A model generated the notes under the pieces. It saw nothing but the letters and a program-made list of their open reading frames with translations. It was not told where the DNA came from and ran no database searches. A stretch of DNA of 64,000 nt from an uncultured Nitrospinota bacterium. Its GTDB lineage: Bacteria; Tectomicrobia; Entotheonellia; J063; CAVPRW01. The translations under genes and the position numbers were made by a program. Numbering within the stretch: the stretch's first letter is position 1; each line of letters opens with the position of its first letter. The stretch spans positions 32,001-96,000 of the forward strand of contig CAVPRW010000041.1 of assembly GCA_963707985.1 (NCBI GenBank). The letters run 5' to 3'. Below, in pieces: positions 58,924 through 64,000 of this stretch.

Positions 58924-61900
58924 ATGCCCAAGCGGACAGACATCGAGAAAATTCTCATCGTGGGCGCGGGGCCCATCATCATCGGCCAGGCGTGCGAATT
59001 CGATTACTCGGGGACGCAGGCGTGTAAAGCGCTGAAGGAGGAAGGCTATCAGGTCATCTTGGTGAATAGCAATCCCGCCACTATCATGACCGATCCGGAG
59101 ATGGCCGATCGCACTTATATCGAGCCCATCACCCCCGAGGTCGTCGAGCAGATCATCGCCCGTGAACGCCCCGATGCGCTGCTGTCGACGATGGGTGGTC
59201 AGACCGCGCTCAATATTGCTGTAGCGCTTGCCGAATCTGGCGTCCTTGAGCGCTATGGGGTAGAGTTGATCGGCGCGAGGCTCGACGCTATCCGAAAAGC
59301 CGAGAGCCGGGAACTTTTTAAGGCCTCGATGCAACGACTAGGCCTGAACGTACCGGCCAGCGGTCATGCCTACTCACATGGTGAGGCACAAGCTATCGCC
59401 AGCACGCTGGGGTTCCCATTGATCATTCGGCCCTCCTTCACGCTGGGCGGCACCGGTGGAAGCATCGCCTATAACCAGGAAGAATTTGATCGACACGTCG
59501 AATGGGCGCTCAATGCCAGCCCGAATCACGAAATCCTTGTTGAAGCCTCGGTACTTGGCTGGAAAGAATTTGAGTTGGAGGTGATGCGCGATCTGCGCGA
59601 CAACGTGGTGATCATCTGCTCGATCGAAAATTTCGACCCTATGGGTGTGCACACCGGCGACAGCATTACCGTGGCCCCGGCCCAGACCCTGACGGACAAA
59701 GAATATCAGCGTATGCGCGATGCAGCCACCGCGATTATCCGCGAGATCGGCGTCGACACGGGCGGTTCTAACATCCAGTTCGCCGTCAATCCGGAGAACG
59801 GCGACATGGTGGTCATCGAGATGAATCCGCGCGTATCACGCAGCTCCGCCCTGGCTTCCAAGGCTACCGGCTTCGCCATCGCTAGGATCGCTGCCAAACT
59901 AGCCATCGGTTACACCCTGGATGAGATCCCCAACGATATCACGCACGAGACACCGGCTTCGTTTGAGCCAACGATCGATTATTGCGTCGTCAAGATTCCG
60001 CGCTTCACCTTCGAAAAATTCCCTCAGGCCGATCAGACGCTTACCACGCAGATGAAATCCGTGGGTGAGGTAATGGCCATCGGCCGGACCTTCAAGGAGG
60101 CACTGCTGAAGGCGGTGCGCTCATTGGAGATTGGTCGATATGGGCTGCAACCGATATTCTCGGGAGAGCAGCGCTGCACCCCTGAGGCGCAAAGGACGAT
60201 ACAGCACATGCTGCGTTGGCCGAATTGGGAACGGTTATGGTATATCGCCGAGGCCTTCCGCGCCGGTTTCGACGTTGAAACCATTCACAAGCTCTCGCAT
60301 ATCGACCCATGGTTCCTGGCGAACATTCAGGAGATTGTCGAGTTCGAAGAACGCATACGCGAGTGGCCGGATAGCAGTAGCGAACTCCTCCGCGAAGCCA
60401 AAGCACTTGGCTATGCTGATCGTCACCTTGCTACCCTCCTCGGGCAGGAGGAACGAGCGATCCGTGCGCTGCGTCAACAGATGGGCATCAATGCCACCTT
60501 CAAGCGCGTCGACACCTGTGCAGCTGAATTCGAGGCCTACACTCCCTACCTGTACTCCACATACGAACGCGAGTGTGAAGCCAATCCCACGTCGCGGCGC
60601 AAGGTCATGATCCTCGGGAGCGGGCCGAATCGCATTGGTCAAGGGATCGAGTTCGACTATTGTTGTGTCCATGGTGTTTGGGGGCTGAAAGAAGACGGCT
60701 TCGAGACCATCATGGTCAACTGCAACCCGGAAACCGTCAGCACCGATTACGATACCTCTGATCGCCTCTATTTCGAGCCGTTGACATTGGAAGATGTGCT
60801 GAACATCGTTGATGTCGAGCAGCCGGAAGGGGTGATTGTGCAATTCGGCGGACAGACTCCGCTCAACCTGGCGGTGCCGCTGCTCAACGCTGGTGTCAAG
60901 ATCCTTGGCACCTCCCCCGACAGTATCGACCGCGCCGAAGATCGAGAGCGCTTCAAGGAGCTTCTACACCACTTGGGCTTGCGGCAGCCGGCCAATGGCA
61001 CGGCGACCTCGGTGAATGGAGCAATCGCCATTGCCCACGAAATCGGCTATCCGGTCATCGTGCGTCCCTCATATGTTCTGGGCGGTCGCGCGATGGAGGT
61101 GGTGTACGATGAGAGTGACCTGCGCGAATATGTTGAGCGCGCCGTGAAAGCCGCTCCTGAACATCCCCTGCTGATCGATAAATTCCTCGAAGATGCCACC
61201 GAAGTCGACGTGGATGCCATTGCCGATGGCGAGACGGTGGTGATCGGGGGCATCATGGAGCATATCGAAGAGGCTGGAGTCCACTCGGGGGACAGCGCCT
61301 GCTCGTTGCCGCCGTATTCACTGTCATCCCGCATTATGGCGGAGATCAAAGATCAGACTAAACGCCTGGCCTTGGAACTGCGGGTGGTGGGGCTCATCAA
61401 TCTTCAGTTCGCAGTCAAGAACGGCGATGTTTATGTACTGGAGGTCAATCCACGCGCATCCCGCACAATTCCTTTCGTCAGCAAAGCGATTGGTGTCCCC
61501 CTCGCGAAACTCGCAGCACGAGTCATGGCCGGTAAGACCTTGCAGGAAGTTGGCTTCATCAAAGAGCGCCAGATCAACCACATCGCCCTGAAAGAGGCAG
61601 TCTTCCCGTTCATCAAGTTTCCAGGAGTGGACACCATTCTTGGTCCAGAAATGAAATCGACGGGCGAAGTCATGGGAATCGATCTGACGTTTGGCCGTGC
61701 TTTTGCCAAATCGCAGTTGAGTGTTGGCCCTGCCGGTAGTCTTCCCACGGGTGGAACCGTGTTCATCAGCGTCAAGGACAAAGATAAGCCGGCAGCCATC
61801 CAGCTCGCCAAAGCCTTGCAAGAGCTGGGGTTTGCCATCCTGGCCACCCGTGGCACAGCAGATGCGATCCGCGCTTCGGGCCTGCCAGTTGAGGTCGTCA

Positions 61901-62157
61901 TGAAGGTAATCGAGGGACGACCTCATGTCGTCGACTACATCAAAAGTGGCACAGTGCAATTGCTGATCAATACCACCATGGGGAAAGAGTCCATCCGTGA
62001 TTCATATGATATCCGACGCGCGGCATTGGTGTATAATGTCCCCTATTGCACGACTATTCCCGGGGCGTTGGCGGCGACCCATGGCATCAAGGCACTCCTT
62101 GACGGCCCGCTAGCGGTCAACTCCCTGCAGGAATATCATCAACACGTCCTTGTGTGA
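58924..62157 (+). CDS. carB: Carbamoyl-phosphate synthase large subunit
   Basis: [40 protein letters not shown]-terminus. Confidence 0.98.
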   Translation: MPKRTDIEKILIVGAGPIIIGQACEFDYSGTQACKALKEEGYQVILVNSNPATIMTDPEMADRTYIEPITPEVVEQIIARERPDALLSTMGGQTALNIAVALAESGVLERYGVELIGARLDAIRKAESRELFKASMQRLGLNVPASGHAYSHGEAQAIASTLGFPLIIRPSFTLGGTGGSIAYNQEEFDRHVEWALNASPNHEILVEASVLGWKEFELEVMRDLRDNVVIICSIENFDPMGVHTGDSITVAPAQTLTDKEYQRMRDAATAIIREIGVDTGGSNIQFAVNPENGDMVVIEMNPRVSRSSALASKATGFAIARIAAKLAIGYTLDEIPNDITHETPASFEPTIDYCVVKIPRFTFEKFPQADQTLTTQMKSVGEVMAIGRTFKEALLKAVRSLEIGRYGLQPIFSGEQRCTPEAQRTIQHMLRWPNWERLWYIAEAFRAGFDVETIHKLSHIDPWFLANIQEIVEFEERIREWPDSSSELLREAKALGYADRHLATLLGQEERAIRALRQQMGINATFKRVDTCAAEFEAYTPYLYSTYERECEANPTSRRKVMILGSGPNRIGQGIEFDYCCVHGVWGLKEDGFETIMVNCNPETVSTDYDTSDRLYFEPLTLEDVLNIVDVEQPEGVIVQFGGQTPLNLAVPLLNAGVKILGTSPDSIDRAEDRERFKELLHHLGLRQPANGTATSVNGAIAIAHEIGYPVIVRPSYVLGGRAMEVVYDESDLREYVERAVKAAPEHPLLIDKFLEDATEVDVDAIADGETVVIGGIMEHIEEAGVHSGDSACSLPPYSLSSRIMAEIKDQTKRLALELRVVGLINLQFAVKNGDVYVLEVNPRASRTIPFVSKAIGVPLAKLAARVMAGKTLQEVGFIKERQINHIALKEAVFPFIKFPGVDTILGPEMKSTGEVMGIDLTFGRAFAKSQLSVGPAGSLPTGGTVFISVKDKDKPAAIQLAKALQELGFAILATRGTADAIRASGLPVEVVMKVIEGRPHVVDYIKSGTVQLLINTTMGKESIRDSYDIRRAALVYNVPYCTTIPGALAATHGIKALLDGPLAVNSLQEYHQHVLV

Positions 62158-62285
62158 AACAGTAACCAGCTGACAGTCCTGCTATCCTTCGCCGCTGTCT
62201 GGATGGACACACACGAGGGCTAGATTGAGGCCTTTGCCGGAGGAGATGGAGTCATCACCCTCGGCTGTGCTTTCAGGAGACTGGT

Positions 62286-62597
62286 GTGGCAGAGCAACGG
62301 GTCAAAGTCGGAACGCTGAAGGAAATTCCTCGCAGCTACGGCAAAGTGGTACAAGCCGGCGGCAAACTCATCGCACTCTTCAAAATGCAGGACACCATCT
62401 ATGCCATCGATAACGAATGTCCCCATCGAGGAGGACCAATCGGTGAAGGTTCCGTCAAGGGCAAGCTCGTCAGCTGCCCATGGCACCTCTGGTCCTTCGA
62501 TATCACCTCTGGACAATGCCTTTCCAACCCCTATGGGCATGTCCGCAGCTATGCTGTGAGTGTCGATGGCGACGATGTCTGGGTGACAGTCGATTGA
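62286..62597 (+). CDS. Soluble Rieske (2Fe-2S) ferredoxin, NirD-like
   Basis: CPHRGG and CPWH motifs; no TM or Tat signal. Confidence 0.9.
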   Translation: MAEQRVKVGTLKEIPRSYGKVVQAGGKLIALFKMQDTIYAIDNECPHRGGPIGEGSVKGKLVSCPWHLWSFDITSGQCLSNPYGHVRSYAVSVDGDDVWVTVD

Positions 62598-62860
62598 GCA
62601 TCAACATCAGCGATAGGGGTTTTCTGAGATCGGGGGCTATTTCACCCAGGTGGATGGCTCCCACTCTATACCATTCGTTCCTCTATCTCATCTTCGCGTT
62701 CATCTACCCTCATAACGCCGGTCCAGGAGGTCGCTAGCCGTTACCCCTGAGCCATCCCACTAGAAGCCCTCTACGCGTCGCCTCTCAGGCTATGCCCGAC
62801 GCCCTTCCACACACTCTCTCATGATCGATAATCCCTTTGAGTGATAAAGAGATTTTCCGC

Positions 62861-62889
62861 TTGACCCCTGTATCCCATTCATCGATAAT
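62861..62889 (+). promoter_or_regulatory. Putative sigma70 promoter far upstream of cold-shock gene
   Basis: TTGACC-N17-GATAAT. Confidence 0.4.
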
Positions 62890-63289
62890 GCGCCTGGATT
62901 TTGTAATGGAGAAGTCTAGGCGGATCGAGACCGTCCAGTATCACGATTTAACGAAACTGCCGAAGAGGCTGCCACTACAACGATGTACGCATCCAGCTCA
63001 GCAAAGCGATAACGAGACTAGGTTCGAAAGGGTAGCGTCACAGAAAATGACGGGGGTGTCAGGCCCTGAATAGACCTCAGCTTCCCGACCGGCAACAGCA
63101 GAATACTCTCGAATGATCATACGGTGTTGTTTGGCGAACGATGCAGCATTCTTCATACGGGAGAGTCATCATGGGGGCGTAGACGCTGTAATCCTGGCTA
63201 CTTGGAAACATTGGCATGGAGAGGTGGTCGGCAGACGACCTCTGTCCCATCCGTGCCGTCCCACTCCAACCAACCAAAGGAGGTGTCGC

Positions 63290-63499
63290 ATGCCGACGGG
63301 GACGATTAAACGCGTGTTCAAAGACCGTGGGTTCGGGTTTATTCGGACGTCGGATGGACAGGAGATCTTTTTCCACCGCTCCGGCCTGCGCAGCAGCCGT
63401 TTCGAGTCTGTTGCAGAGGGGGATGCCGTAGAGTTCGAGGTGGAATCCAGCCCCAAGGGACCGCGAGCTGTGAATATCCAAGTAGCCGCCAATCCTTAG
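63290..63499 (+). CDS. Cold-shock domain protein
   Basis: RGFGFI, IFFHRS, KGPRA; RBS AAGGAGG. Confidence 0.93.
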   Translation: MPTGTIKRVFKDRGFGFIRTSDGQEIFFHRSGLRSSRFESVAEGDAVEFEVESSPKGPRAVNIQVAANP

Positions 63500-63757
63500 T
63501 CATCTTGTGGCAGTCGGGCGAAGCCGGCCGATCGTTGATCCGCCGGCCTCTTCCCCACATAGGAGGGTTGTGTTGACGAACGCGACCTCGGCCCATCACT
63601 CATAAGCGACAACGCCTATACCCACGCCTTTACCCCCCTCAAATTGGGATGCCAGCCGGTCACTCTATTGCCGGTCCGTATTCGTATAATCATTCGTGAG
63701 GAATATCATTCATGCCATGCGGCGGTGATTGGCCTCATGTGAAGGAGGTTGCTTTGC

Positions 63758-64000
63758 ATGTCCACCATCCGTGAATCGGATCTCCCAGGTATCGGCCGCA
63801 AGTTTCAAATCGAAGCGCAAAGCGGCGACAAGCTTATCGTCGTGGTTCATGACGATGGGAGACGCGAACTGTACCACTTCGATCCTAACGACCCCGATGA
63901 ATTGCTCTCCATGGTTACCCTCAATGACACTGAAGCACGCCAAGTCGCCGGCATCATCGGCGGCCTGAACTATACACCCAAGGCGTTGGAATCCATGAGC
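63758..64000 (+). CDS. KhtT/YhaT-like K+/H+ antiporter regulatory subunit (partial, runs off window)
   Basis: Hand translation [39 protein letters not shown]...[21 protein letters not shown]; absent from ORF track. Confidence 0.8.
   Translation, partial: MSTIRESDLPGIGRKFQIEAQSGDKLIVVVHDDGRRELYHFDPNDPDELLSMVTLNDTEARQVAGIIGGLNYTPKALESMS

Noticed and set aside
62286..62597. Rieske protein as the missing bc-complex subunit
   Set aside because: Small soluble ferredoxin type with no TM/Tat signal or extra disulfide cysteines, about 35 kb away

Overview
Bacterial chromosomal window of fairly high GC; gene order is broadly Deltaproteobacteria/Nitrospirota/Tectomicrobia-like (inference). The left 5.4 kb is accessory: two GNAT acetyltransferases, a disrupted DUF4160/DUF2442 toxin-antitoxin-like pair, a short nuclease-gene remnant and a lower-GC operon vsr - ABC-ATPase/TOPRIM (OLD-like) nuclease - C5 DNA methyltransferase. 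That operon is the best candidate here for an undescribed defence/restriction system. Housekeeping blocks follow: hemB-D-C-A, ccsA, rpiB, aroC, miaA, macrodomain, pssA, psd, ilvCNB, tsaB and the F0 genes atpE/B/I/Z. Directly upstream of the F0 genes is a split cytochrome b + octaheme cytochrome c cluster with no Rieske gene, preceded by a membrane-anchored Mrr-like protein with a degenerate active site. The right half holds FTR, miaB, ltaE/pdxA/LarA-like genes, a VWA protein, a reduced type IV pilus cluster (pilB, pilC, pilS; no pilT/pilR), mfd, surA, a PyrR-attenuated pyrR-pyrB-pyrC-carA-carB operon, a Rieske ferredoxin, a cold-shock gene and a partial khtT-like gene. About ten single-base frameshifts, mostly +1 insertions and some in essential genes, suggest assembly errors, so pseudogene and fusion calls are tentative. 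No rRNA, tRNA, CRISPR array or transposase was recognised.
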